The notes beneath the pieces are model-generated. The model saw nothing but the letters and a program-made list of their open reading frames with translations, had not been told where the DNA came from and made no database searches. From Ramazzottius varieornatus (taxonomy: Eukaryota; Animalia; Tardigrada), in contig BDGG01000005.1 in the NCBI GenBank assembly GCA_001949185.1, forward strand, positions 2,407,249 to 2,471,248: a stretch of 64,000 nt of DNA, in the 5' to 3' direction. The position numbers were made by a program, and so were the translations under genes. Shown here piece after piece: positions 1 to 12,258 of this stretch. Numbering within the stretch: position 1 is the first letter of the stretch; the number at the start of each line of letters is the position of its first letter.

Positions 1-2147
1 CCCGTTCGAAGCGAGCCGACAAGTGCCCAAGGGAGGTCAACCATTTGTGGATGTTGCTGCATTGCAACGATGAAAATAACGCAAAGTCTTTTGCCCAGCA
101 GCTGGCCCAAAACGGGCGACCCATGGGCCTCATTATGACCGATGCTCCCGTCAAGATGTAAACTTACATTCCTTTCGTTTTCGCGCTGAAGCAGAACACT
201 AACCGTATCTTGACTTTCAGAGTCAACACGGTGAACGACAGTCCAACGGCATTTGTGGAGGCAGCCAGAAAGCACTACAATCCAGCCTGTGCGCTGGTAG
301 TTGCAATGTAAGTAGTTTCACCTCCGGGTCCACTCTCTCTTCCTTTTTACATGTAACCTCGCGATCCTTTAGCCTTCATGCATGGAGAAAGCCTCTTTCC
401 GGTTTTTGCAGACTTCCCAGCAACTCGAGCGATCGCTACAACGCGTTTAAAGAGTTCTTCTGCTGCACCGCGCCTTGTAAGTTTGGGCAATTGATGTCTC
501 AGAAATTTTGCAAATGCCGATTCCGGTGATCGTTTCTGATCCTTCGGGTTGTACTCTGCAGGTCCTTCGCAAGTAGTGGTGGCCAAGACCATCAGCGACC
601 AGAAGAAGGTTCGAAGTGTTGCTACCAAAGTTTGCATGCAGATATTGGCAAAACTTGGCGGTGAGAACTGGAAGATGAAGGTGAGTCCAGGTCTCCGAAA
701 TACGTTGAATGTAAAACTGCTTTGGTCGTGCTCACTCGTTTTTATTTGTCGTAGTTTCCCTTCAGTGTCCCGACGATGGTCATTGGGGTGGACTCGCATC
801 GCGACAAGACCGAACGAAACACTGTGGTGGCCGTGAGCGCTACTCACAATGCTGGCTTCTCTGGGTACTTCAGTTTCACTGAATATGCAAAGGACGACGA
901 CGCGGTTTATGGCACCGTGACTCGCCTTGTTAAAAGTACGCTCCTTAGTTTGGTTTTTCTGATTTTTCCTTTGAACATTGAAGTTGAATATTGCGGGCAG
1001 AGCATATTTGGGACGTTATGAAATAAATTCACCCATTTAATTTTCGTAAGTGGCGCACGTTTTCGATCAGTAGTATCAAAAACATGCGCCACTTGAGAAC
1101 GAACTGCGCGAAACCATTCGCCGACGTCTCATGTTTCTGAATTTGATCCGACTAGGTATTTTAAGCTCTGGTCTTTGGGAAATTCACTGTATGTAAATTT
1201 CAAAACACTTTGGCTACTAACGAGTTTGCTGTGCAGAAGCCGTGGAGGCTTTCAAGAAGCGTAACAACGTCGTCCCCGTCAACATCTTCATTTACCGGGA
1301 CGGTAAGTGTTGGCCTGTCTTTTCTATCCCTATCGCGGTGAAACGTAACTCAAGTATGTCTTTTTCTTAACAGGTATCAGCCAAGGACAACTTGATTACG
1401 TCCGTGAAGAAGAGCTGAAGGGCATCAAGACGGTCTTGGGCGACTTTGCTACGGATACCAAAGGCACTCTCCCCAGGCTAACTTACATCCTCGTCAACAA
1501 GCGCGATTCCTCTCGGTTCTTCGAAGCTGGCAACAACCCTTGCTCGGGGACCGTCATCGACAAAGTGGTCACTCGTCCATTCCGGTAAGCATGCATTTTT
1601 CCAACCATCTTTCGGAGCCCGGCAAATAGACAGCCTGATCGTTTCCCAAGTCGCACATGCCAGCAGCTACAGTAATATCACTGTACACGTGCCCCAGTTG
1701 GAAAACGATCTACTGTACTATAGTTTGCTCGGTGGCATCCCAGGATTTTCAGTTTCCTTGCTTTTCATATCTTCGCTCATTCATGGTGTCTTTTTCTTAT
1801 TTAGTTACGACTTTTTCATCGTGTCGCAGTCAGTTCGCGAGGGCACCGTGGCTCCTACCTACTACGACGTCATTTCCGACCAGGTGAAACTGCAACCGGA
1901 CGCGATGCAGCAGATGACATACATGTTGTGCCACATGTACTTCAACTGGCCGGTATGCCATTTTACTGTTTATTTTATAGGTGAAATCGAGCTTTTTATG
2001 ACGCTTTATTCGAATTGGGTTTTTTGTCAGGGAACCATTCGAGCTCCCGCACCTTGCCAGTACGCGCGCAAGCATGCTCAGTTGGTCGCTCTGAGCATCC
2101 ACGCTAAGGCCAAGGAACAACTAGAGGACAAGCTATTCTTCTTGTGA
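1..2147 (+). CDS. PIWI-clade Argonaute, MID-PIWI portion (5' part outside window), multi-exon
   Basis: Spliced exons give SQVVVAKT..SVATKVCMQILAKLGG, MVIGVD, IFIYRDG, VNKR..RFF, NPCSGTVID, YDFFIVSQSVREGTVAPTYY and [23 protein letters not shown]...DKLFFL*, all typical PIWI motifs. GT-AG introns; stop at 2147. Confidence 0.95.
1048..1094. repeat. Intronic N27 palindrome unit (PIWI intron)
   Basis: AAGTGGCGCA-27nt-TGCGCCACTT. Confidence 0.9.
1648..1699. repeat. Degenerate palindrome unit (PIWI intron)
   Basis: GATCGTTTCCCAAGTCGCACA-32nt-TGCCCCAGTTGGAAAACGATC. Confidence 0.7.
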
Positions 2148-2579
2148 GGATCCTCCATGGATCAACAACGACACTGTGACAAGCGAGCACCTTTGTTATT
2201 GTTTTCTAGAGATTTATAAACCCTTGTTTTTCGCTATCAAAGCTTTTACAGAGAGCTCATTCAAGATTTATTAGAATCTACTTTTCAGACACTAACCTTT
2301 GATGGATCGCAGCCTTCTGTTTTACCAAGAATCAAACTGTTCGGAGTCTTTTTACTCACGGATTATTCAACGCGTTTTAGATTTTTACGGGAACCTTTCA
2401 AAGTTCTCTGATTGATACCACGATGCTTCTGTTCAATGAAAAACGAATATCCAACAAAAAAAACCAACTTGAAACAGCCAGCCATGTAGGGGAAAGGATT
2501 GTAGGAAACTGAAGAACAACACCAAGGAGGAATTTGCCTGAATTACAGTACAATAGTTCGCAGTTTCGCAGACCAAAAC

Positions 2580-3215
2580 TCAGCGTCTCCTGTACCCACT
2601 AGTCATGGGTTGTGTGGAGTAGCCTATTGGACGTTTCGGTGCTTCCCGGAAGCCATAACGATCACCGGGTCCTGTAGCCAACGGATCGTAGTAAGGAGTG
2701 TTTAACGGAATGAAATCTTGTGCAGGGCGGGTCGGAAGTCCGTCGTAGGTACCTTGAGAAGCCGACGGAGCACAGCCTGGAGTGCATGAAGTAGAGTAGT
2801 ATGGATACTGGACAGATGGCGCGGAAGCCCCGGGTTCGCCATGGGGATATCGGGAAGGCTCTCGGTTGGATTCATAGGTTGGATAAGGACGATGACGGTC
2901 TCGACCACTGTCCCGTTCATACGGACGCAGAGGACCACGGCGATCGTGAAGAGGACTGCGCCGGTCGAGGCGAGTGGCGGACTTGCCCAGTTCGACGCGG
3001 AGTGTCTCTCCCATAAATGGCGCACCGTGGAGCCGGGACACGGCAAGTTCGGCGGTGGCCTTGTCCTTTAAGCCGACGAAAGCAAAGCGCTTGTTGATGC
3101 GAATATGGACGGGAGGGGAAATGTCTTCGAAGAGACGCTCAATGTCGGTATGGAGGACTGTCAATGGGACGTTGCCGATGAAAATGTCCTGAAATGAGGA
3201 AGAATCGGAAGGCAT
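2580..3215 (-). CDS. Single-RRM RNA-binding protein with R/D-rich and Y/P-rich tail
   Basis: RNP2 IFIGNV, RNP1 RFAFVGL, LHGAPFMGETLRVE. The coding region has no intron; a splice acceptor lies just before the ATG. Confidence 0.85.
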   Translation of the reverse strand: MPSDSSSFQDIFIGNVPLTVLHTDIERLFEDISPPVHIRINKRFAFVGLKDKATAELAVSRLHGAPFMGETLRVELGKSATRLDRRSPLHDRRGPLRPYERDSGRDRHRPYPTYESNREPSRYPHGEPGASAPSVQYPYYSTSCTPGCAPSASQGTYDGLPTRPAQDFIPLNTPYYDPLATGPGDRYGFREAPKRPIGYSTQPMTSGYRRR

Positions 3216-3871
3216 AGTTTCCTACAAGGAGTAAGAACGATACGACCGGAAATATCAGATTTTGAAACTGGAAAGTCGCTCACGGGAGGAATGGACTGGA
3301 GAAAGAAGCCGAGTGGCACCAAGGAGATTTGTGAGGGGGAAAAGTTCGAAACCTTGAAACAGTGCACCAGGAAATCGGTGTCAGTTCGAAATGGAGGAGA
3401 TTGGTCTAGTTTTACTCCCCCCACATCCCTTACCGTCGTAGCGCACTGTCTAGATAGCAAATTTGACAACTATCGTGTCACCGAGCAACGGAGCTTGACG
3501 TCACTGCGGAAGCTGCGCGAACTGGCTGGGGTTGACTCACGCACTCAGTCAGACAGGCCGAAAGTTTAAACCAACGCCTCATTTGAATCCTGTCGTTCCA
3601 ACTGTCGATGATGCGGTGACACGCTCTGCGAGGACGACGTTAACAAGTAACTGCGTTCCTTTATGATAAAACTCATGGCTGCAACTTATAGCCTGCAAGT
3701 CTCGCACTTCCGTGTCCTTCCGAACCTTCAGCCACCCGTTAAACGAAGAGTAGATCCACGAAACGTCGTGAAAGTATGAAACACGATAAAAAAATGAAAG
3801 CGCAATACACAGACTCGCGTTATACTATTGCAACAGACAGCACAAAGTTAAAACAACAACAAAACGGTATT

Positions 3872-4954
3872 TCAGTTGAAGGACAAGAGCTCGACGTCGA
3901 AGATGAGCACAGAGTTGGGCGGGATCAGGCCTGGATATCCTTTGGCGCCGTACGCATAGTCTACGAAAGAAAAGCGTTTTTATCAACACTCTCTGCAGTA
4001 ACTTACAGTACAGTGAATGAGTTTCAGAAAGGTATAACGAATGCAGGTACCTGGGCTGCAGGTGAGTTTGGCTCTCTGACCCAAAGACATTTGAGCTACT
4101 CCTTCGTCCCATCCTGCAAAATACAATACGGATGATACCGGAACGTGGCCAAACGAATCCTCACCGATTTTAACATGAGAAGTGAACAAGTGAAAATGAA
4201 TAAATACCTCGTATCACTTGGCCTTCTCCAAGCTTGAACGAAAATGGCTGTCCGCGATCCCGTGAAGAATCGAATTTCTTTCCATCAGTAAGAGTGCCTC
4301 AAAGGATAAAAAATCCCTAATTAAGTACAGTATACCACTCCACTGAAATTGATCCCAGAAGTAGTTCCGGAAGTCTATAAAATGTACGGACAGCCGGCAC
4401 TATCTGGGAGCTCGGCCAGGGAACTTGACAGAATCGTTTCATCAAGTGGCGCACACTTTTAGCCAATAACACTGGTAACGCGCGACACTCGGGAGAACGA
4501 TCATGTCCAGCCTTTTCCCAGCAGGAAAGCCTTTGCAGCCCGAGCTGGGTTAATCACTGAATCAAACGCTGAGAGCCATTGACCGACGATGCTTACCGGT
4601 GTAGTGGACGTTCACTGTTTGGCCGTTTTTCGGGAAATTCTTACCTGCAAACAAAGGGAACAATGAAAATGCTTGCAATTTTAAGGCATTTTCCGTTGAA
4701 ACCCCGAACAAAATATCTCATCTCATCAGACAAATGCCTCGTTTTCGTCCGCACCGACTCGAGGTCTTGGACTCGTCATCTTTCTTCGTCATCACGCACC
4801 ACATACACGTCGTCAAAAGGCTCCATGCAAAGAAAACCCAGGCTTCGAGCAACTTACCATCTCCGGGCCTGATAGTTTCAATCTCGACTCCCATGGCTGA
4901 TGATCCTTGAATCCAGATGCAAGCGAGCAGCAAAACGACAGGTAAGAAATGCAT
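3872..4954 (-). CDS. FKBP12-type peptidyl-prolyl isomerase (copy A, 5 coding exons, possible signal peptide)
   Basis: Exons assemble to [108 protein letters not shown]. In-frame upstream [20 protein letters not shown]. Confidence 0.93.
4444..4490. repeat. Intronic N27 palindrome unit (FKBP-A intron)
   Basis: AAGTGGCGCA-27nt-CGCGACACTC. Confidence 0.85.
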
Positions 4955-5468
4955 TGTTGCGGTGGGAGAAGGCTGCCGACCGGACGGAAAAGGAACAGAC
5001 AAAATCGATCGGTGCTTCTGTTTTGAAGACAGTAGTTTTCATTGGTCAAGCTGTCAGAGAGATGTTTTTGATTCGTAGGATTTGGGCCACACCCTCGTAG
5101 ACAACAAGGGACGAGTAATCCGCATCACTGTTTCGACTTTCAAAGCCTTGATTGTTGATCGACCAATAGATCATTTTCCAGTCTAAATTATTTTTCCATT
5201 TTTACGGATGTTAGTCATGCCACTCCCGTAATTTCCATAGTACTACAGTATGTAATTTCCTCGCGAAGAGCAAGCGAAAAATTCCCCCATAAAAACTGAC
5301 AACATTGTCCGACGTCCACTTTCTCGCTGGAAAACAAAGGACCGATGGCAAAAGTGCACAGAGAGCAACCACGACGATGAGCAGGATGAGGATAAATTCA
5401 ATAAAACACTGATTGCTTGTTTGGTTGTACGGAACTCAATTCATTTGGAAGATGGAAGCAATCCGAGC

Positions 5469-6016
5469 TTATTTCATGCCGAGCAACTCCACGTCGAACT
5501 TCAAAGTGGAATTCGGAGGAATGACTCCGGGATGTCCCTTCTTGCCATAGGCATAGTCGGGACTGCAGGTGAGCGTGGCGCGTTGTCCGAGGGACATCTG
5601 TGGGCAAATTGGAGAATTCGACGACAAAAATTCAGAAGTAAACGGGAAAAATTTACCTGTGCGACGCCTTCATCCCAACCCTTGATCACTTCTCCAGCTC
5701 CGATCTTGAACTGGAAAGGCTTTCCCCGATCCCGAGAAGAGTCAAATTTGGTTCCGTCGGTCAGTGTGCCTGTGAAACAGCGGCACAATACCCAGATAAA
5801 ACGGCGCATCTTTGGGGAGTTACATTAAATGAAGAATACAACTGGGCAAATTTTTCTCACCGGTGTAGTGGACTGAGACAGTCTGTCCTTTCTTCGGGTA
5901 GGTAGCTTCTGCAAAGGAAACCGATCGTGAGCAACTAGAGACCGGCAATCTTACCGGGGAATAATCGACATACGATCTCCATTCTGGCCATTGATGGTTT
6001 CGACGGTGACACCCAT
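5469..6016 (-). CDS. FKBP12-type peptidyl-prolyl isomerase (copy B, 4 coding exons)
   Basis: [108 protein letters not shown]. Confidence 0.95.
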
Positions 6017-6437
6017 TGCTGCTTGCTGCGATGCCGCTCTCGACTTGAAACACTGGACCAAGGTACTCTGTAGAGCCCTAGAAGATCGAAGGGAGGACAA
6101 CATAAAGGTGAACTTGAGATCGAGAAAAAAACACAGTCCTGTGGGAATTCTCTTCGCCACTGACTGACTGAATCAATCCAGGCACCGTAACGCAATATTC
6201 GGAAGCGGTTTCGTGGATACGCCGGTACGGTATCGCTGATGGAAAAATCTGGACCACCTTTGACATCGTGGTAGATGCCACCGGTTCCACAAAGAGGTGG
6301 TGGTTTCACTGTTTAACGTGAGTTACCCGGCTCGCCGGTGGTCACTACGGTTGGTCTTCAATTGGATTTCGCTGATGCGACAAATGTTCAACCAGGAACA
6401 TGAAAGTGAAAGAAGAACGAGAACTCCTGTTCTTAAA

Positions 6438-7318
6438 GGCATATTGTAAAAGCTGGACAAGACGCTGGACACGGACATTTGGACAATTTCCGGTTGGACA
6501 ACTGCATTGGACAATTAGACTGGACAAACTAATTCGAAACCGCGTAGAAACGCGACAAAAGCACGAAAACATTGTTTTTGTATTCTCCGAATACAGCAAA
6601 AGTAACACAGCAAACGATGGAAATTCCGAAACCGCAATCCATAGTGTTAATAATGTATGACACTAAAATATTCTTAATGATCCAGTGAAACCCTAATAAA
6701 ATGAATCAAGTCGTCTGCGTTCACGATGCAGCTTCCAGTTTGGAAAACTTGATACATAATCTGTGCGCCTTTGGCCGGCAAACCACCGTGAAGATCGCCC
6801 TCTCGCGCAGCGCACGGGTCCATTGGCAGGGCTTAGCGAAGCGAGGCCCTTTCAAGTCTGTCGAGATTTCAATGGAAGATCAGGTTCTTCGAGCTTTCAG
6901 ATATCGAAAACACAGTACTGAAAAAAGACACGCCACTTGATCGGGGCGATTAATAACTTTACTGGGGAACCGTACTGTGAGTCACAAGTTACGACTTACG
7001 ATGGCAGTACACGTAGTAGCCTAATTATTGACCTGTTATCAATTATTGGCCACCCGTTTATTTCGGGTGGCCAATAATTCATTATTACATTATTATTATA
7101 CATTATTAACGCTATGGATTGCGGTTTCGGAATTCCCATCGTTTGCTGTGTTACTTTTGCTGTATTCGGAGAATACAAAAACAATGTTTTCGTGCTTTTG
7201 TCGCGTTTCTACGCGGTTTCGAATTAGTTTGTCCAGTCTAATTGTCCAATGCAGTTGTCCAACCGGAAATTGTCCAAATATCCGTGTACAGCGTCTTGTC
7301 CAGCTTTTACAACATGCC
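6438..7318. mobile_element. Non-autonomous long-TIR (Mutator-like) element
   Basis: About 220-bp near-perfect inverted repeats (6438-6658 and 7098-7318) starting GGCAT, with tandem GGACA subterminal motifs. Imperfect 9-bp flanking duplication GTTCTTAAA/GTTCTCGAA. Confidence 0.8.
6838..6944 (+). repeat. Dispersed ~105-bp repeat, inverted copy at 23993-24100
   Basis: GAAGCGAGGCCCTTTCAAGTCTGTCGAGAT...ACTTGATC matches the reverse complement of 23993-24100; the ORF track shows KRGPFKSVEISM in both places. Confidence 0.8.
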
Positions 7319-8143
7319 GTTCTCGAACATTATCATGGAGTAATGCGGTAATCAGAACTATAGCTCACAAGTGCGGAAAAATTTAATCAACAAGATCGGT
7401 TGTGGTTGACTTGCCGGGGGAGGCGCCAGTATATTTGTAACGCAGCTTTGGGTATTGTTCCCGGTCCTCCCTGACGTTTGAATTCAGAGAGGAATGAAAA
7501 GGGGACTTTAGGCACAGCGGGGAAAACGCAACAGATGTGCCGCCGCGACATTTGGCACAAGTGGCTAGCTCAATGATGAAATTGAATTTCCACCAGAATT
7601 TAAGTCCTCTGGCCACTGGTCAAAACTTCCGGCTGTTGCAAAACTGCCTTACATCACGGTAAACGGGGAGGTTCAGGCTCAGAGAGTGGAGAGGATTTTA
7701 GAGTTTGAGGATACATTTACATGATTAGCGACATATCGGTAATAAATAGATCTGGAAGAAGAGTATGGTCAAGTGTTGTTGGGAGATGAGTGAAGAGGAA
7801 GAAGAGGCGGAAAGCGGGGCATATGGTGCACAAACATGCACAGCAGGCAGTGGACAACGATCCGACACTTATTCCATTGTCCATTGATCCATAACAGCCA
7901 CGGTGTGATCGCTGGATGCTGCGCGCCCATTTAGTCTCCACCGGTAAAGCTGGGCTTAGGGGAATAAATACAATCAGATTGGAAACTACAATGGAACGAG
8001 TGAATACGAGGTTTACTTGCTCAAATAACTTGCCTCGTTCGCTCGTCAATCAGTTCCGCACTTGTCGAGTTTGTGGAGTGATCACGGAACCTTTTATCGC
8101 CTTGATCGGATCGCAAAGGGCAATCCTGATATTGTAGCACGGG

Positions 8144-9344
8144 ATGACCACCGAAGCCTCCAACGGGCAGGTGCCGACCGTCAAGAAAAAGCGGGGACCC
8201 AAGAAGAAGGTCTGGTCTCCGCAGGTACGTGCTCAACGTCAGATGGTGAGGAGGAACCGCGCCAACGCGAGGGAGAGGTCGAGGATGCATGGATTGAACC
8301 GCTCTTTGGAGATGCTGCGCAGCGCGTGCCCCATGTTTGCTAATCAGAGATTAAGCAAAATCGACATCCTGCGATTTGCCCGGAATTACATCAAAACTTT
8401 GTCGGAGATCTTGCAGACGGGACAAACACCGGATATCCTGGATTATGCGAGGGCGTTGACCAAGGACCTGTCACAGGGAACGATTAACCTTATCGCCGGA
8501 CACCTTCAGGTACGAACGTAAAGCATTTCATTTAAACTAGTTTCTTCATGAGTAAGTGATATTAGCGCAATTTCTTCTGTAACACAAAGAGTAATAGACG
8601 AAAGAATTGAAATTGAACCCTGGGCAAACAAAACGTAGTGATCGTCGTTTCAAGTGGCCCATCTTTCAATTGTAAGGGCAGTAATCCTGCGCCTCTTGAA
8701 TGATCTGGTACGGTATGGTTGTCCAGCTCGCTCTCGCACTTCTCAAATACTCTGGCGCTGATACAGATGACTTAGATGAGTCAGTTCATAAAGTTTGAAG
8801 TATAACGAAGTAACAATAAAAAAAGGACGAACGATTTCGACGTTTGGGGCACGATACTTCTCCCGTATCAGAGTTTGCCCTTGAATCTCTCACAGATTCA
8901 ATCAGTAGACATTGTCTAAAGTATACGTACTCGTAACTGTTTCCTTAAATAAAACAGGTTTCTCCGCACCTGCTATGGTACCCGGACACAGTCCTCATCC
9001 CCGATCACTTCCTGTACGACTTCCCTCACGAACCGCCGGGGGTTTCTCGGCATTTACCTCTGTCTTTTCTACCTGCGAAAGTTCAAGAACCGATCAGCAA
9101 CATCCACAACCAAGAAAGCTTCTCCGGTTATCCGCAGGAAACGTTGACTTACCATCGGTCTTCCGGGTCCGCCGACAGCGACCAGTACTTGCCTGCGCGT
9201 TTTCCTCCAGGCCACCCAGTGCCCCAATCGGAACGTGCAGAAAGCACCGTCGTAAGGTATCCAGTCCAAGAAGTCCTGGACCATCGGATCAGCCCCAGTG
9301 GATTTCCCGGACATTTGTGGATGTCAGCGAATTTTCAAAGTTAA
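8144..9344 (+). CDS. NeuroD: NeuroD-family bHLH transcription factor (2 exons: 8144-8509, 8958-9344)
   Basis: KKRGPKKK basic stretch, RRNRANARERSRMHGLN...LSKIDILRFARNYI, and the NeuroD-specific LTKDLSQGTINLIAGHLQ. A phase-0 GT-AG intron keeps the frame to the stop at 9344. Confidence 0.9.
8652..8697. repeat. Palindrome unit (NeuroD intron)
   Basis: AAGTGGCCCA-26nt-TGCGCCTCTT. Confidence 0.75.
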
Positions 9345-9899
9345 CTTGAAATCGTTTGTGATTTTTGTCCGTCCTCGTAAAATTTCCTTTATCACTTTCC
9401 CTTTTGTTTTGGCGACCTAAGTGCTTCAAACTTTCTAGTCCAGAATTTTTATGAGGTGATTATTCCCGCTAAGCAATTACAAATTTCATATGGTGGAGAG
9501 TGTGTTGCTCGTTATCGGTATGAACTTGTCCCGAAGTCAATTAAACTCGTTTATTATTTAACAATTAAACTAACGACCGGCAACACTGTCCAGTTCACCT
9601 CTTGATCCCTCAACGCTCTGGTCTGACAGGCAAAAGTCCATTAATACTGCAAACGATCATTACAAATTTCCCTGTGTGGACAAATGCATTTCCCAGCTGT
9701 CACTTTTGAGCAACTTTATTCCTGCCGTGACCTCGAAGACTACAAACAGACATCGAAAAATACAATTAGGCATTTCAGAAGTAAAATTTCAGAGATTTGA
9801 CTTTGTCAGAAAAATCAAACATCCACTAAAACGGTCTTCCGACATTGAAAAGCACAAACTCTGTACAGAGCTGCAAGCGAAAGCTCGCCTTTATCCCGT

Positions 9900-12258
9900 C
9901 TACCTAGCGAAGACTAGTGGTTCATCATCGTCAATGCTACTTCGACCATACCGATCGTAGTCTGATTCGTACACCGTTCTTGATCGCTTCCGTAGGTAGA
10001 GGAAGAGTCCAGCTGTGATCAAAGTCTACGAAAACATCAACAATGACGCACAATGGACCGAAAGACTGTTATCATTTCAGAGAGTCAAAGTACACACTCA
10101 CCACCACAATCTGCATGATTGCAAAGCCTGTCAACGTCCACTCGAAGCCGTATCCATCGGAGAGTGCACCGCCGATTGTCGGTCCCAGAAACGCCCTACG
10201 AATTTTGAATTTCGTACAATCCGATGTTAAAGAAACGTTTCAGCTTCCAAGGGAGAATAACAATCGGTTTCTCCAAGGTGTCCGAAAGCGGCATACGAAA
10301 TTGACCAGATCACTTTCCCGAGTGACACCCGCTTCTAGCCAATTTCGCTATAAACGTGCGTCACTTGAGTAAACGATCTGGTCGTGTTTGTCAAGTGGCG
10401 CACGCGTCCAATGGAAATCTCAATGACCGTGCGCCACTTCCGAGCCGATCTGGCCGAGTTTGCTTTCTTACCCTAAAGAAATGGCGGAATTCAGGCTTCC
10501 AGAGACCATTCCGTATGTATCGATAGTTTCTGGAAAGCCCTTTTCACTAAGAAGAAAGCACATAAGTGACGTTTCTGTTCATTCTAAAGTCTACACACCC
10601 AAGAAAATAAAGTTGCGCGGACTTACATGGCGGTCTTGAGGTTCTTGCCGAATGGTGGAATGAGCTGTAAACCCACACCGAGGCCCATGAAGATGTTCCC
10701 GATGATATTCACCCACAGCATATCATGCAGTCGAGCAGGGAAGATGGGCGAAGGACCCATCAGGAGATATCCCACGACTGTAAACAACCCACCAAGTAGT
10801 ATACATTCCCACGCTCGTCCGAACCTATCCAGGAAAAAGCCTAGCAAAGGCGAGGAGAATAAGTACACCGCCGTCGGAATGAGGAAAACCAAACTCAGAA
10901 GTGTAAAGTTCGAAAGGAGCTGCAACGGATAAAGACGCTTTGAGGACTTTGAGGGTGCAGAATGGTAAAAAGTACTTACGTGTTTTAGGTGAGCTGAATA
11001 AGTGGCGTCGATGAAGCCAAGTCCGAACGTAATAGTGAACACGGACAGAAGTGTGCAGAGGATCGCGGGAATCTTGATGTATGTTCGGAATGTACCGTAG
11101 TCTCTTCCCCTGGTTGTCTTATTGACTGGAAGAGTGTACAAAGCGACAAGACCCACTAACATGACGCAGGTTCCCAAGAAGACTAACGGAGCTTTGAAGC
11201 CACCAGCCTCGTATAGACCCGACCCAATGATCGGACCCACCATGAAACCCAGCCCGCTGAAGGTTTCACAAGTCCCGAACATTGTAGATATGGAGGTGGG
11301 AAATACGTCGGCGATGATCGTGAAACTCGCTGGAACGAGGTACAAGGCGGCTGAGTTTCTGGCGAACAACCTTGCAACGTATGGAAGCGCGACAAAAGAT
11401 TCAGCAAGATCACGTTCCAGAAGTGGCGCATACTCTCGCTGTTACTAGCTTGGAGCGTGCGCCACTTGGACAAACAGCCTTGTCGCTTATCAGAAAATCC
11501 GACATAACGAGTGCATGACCTCACGGTTTAGGTCAAGCACTGTATTACTGCAGCGTGATCACAGCATGACGTAACGAACAGGTTGATACGTCAATTAGGG
11601 CACTTTACCTGTGACAACGGCAGACGCTCCGAGCCCTTGCATTATCCGAATCAGGTAGCACATGGAGATGAACGCAGGATCCGGAGAATATTCCAGGACT
11701 CCCATGAAGACAGTTGCCGCTCCGGCGACGCCGATCCCGGAAATGTACATGAACTTGGTTCCAATGTTATGGATCTGCTAACACGAATACAGGTCAGTTC
11801 AACACACCAAGGTAGATTGATTCTTGATTCTAATGTACCGTTAGTCCCCAAACAAACGAAAACACAAACATGACCAGCTGCATGATTCCGAAGACCAGCC
11901 CCACATCGCCACTTGATGCGCCTTTCGAGGCGGCCTGTAATGAAAACACATGCGACACTGACGTAGGTACGAAGGAAAAGACATCGAATCACTTACGAAC
12001 GAAGGAAAAAACACGGCGATGCAGGCATAGAACGTCGAAGTGAAGAAGTTGCCCTGGAACAAAGGGACCACATTACTCCCATCGCCGGCTTCAAACTTGA
12101 ATCTTGATATTTCTTCACGATACAGAAAAGCTACAAACCAAGCAGAGAGTTGCAAGAATTATCTTCCTGTCTCTTGGAATGGAGAGGAAGGTATCGTATC
12201 GCCGCGGACGCCCTGCTGGCGACACTACCGCACCTCCGAGCTCATCCACTTCCGTCAT
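9900..12258 (-). CDS. MFS transporter, SLC18B1-like, multi-exon
   Basis: Many hydrophobic helices, ETFSGLGFMVGPIIGSGLYEAGGFKAP and YLLMGPSP motifs. The last exon ends ...SIDDDEPLVFAR*. Confidence 0.85.
10320..10439. repeat. Two tandem N27 palindrome units (MFS intron)
   Basis: Units at 10320-10366 and 10393-10439, both with 27-nt spacers. Confidence 0.9.
11421..11467. repeat. N27 palindrome unit (MFS intron)
   Basis: Perfect arms, 27-nt spacer. Confidence 0.9.

Noticed and set aside
937-1237. Palindrome family as introner elements that create whole introns
   Set aside because: The conserved part lies inside the introns and the splice-site-proximal sequences are not visibly shared between host introns.
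1-2147. Functional link between this PIWI gene and the 27-nt palindrome spacers
   Set aside because: Only a size coincidence with piRNAs. The element occurs in many unrelated genes and proximity is no evidence in a eukaryote.
6345-7351. Two near-identical ORFs on opposite strands (LLLLYSENTKTMFSCF...)
   Set aside because: A by-product of the long inverted repeat; no protein features.
11905-11960. CGCCACTTG resembling a palindrome arm
   Set aside because: Falls in an MFS coding exon (GASSGDVGLVFG) with no correctly spaced partner arm.
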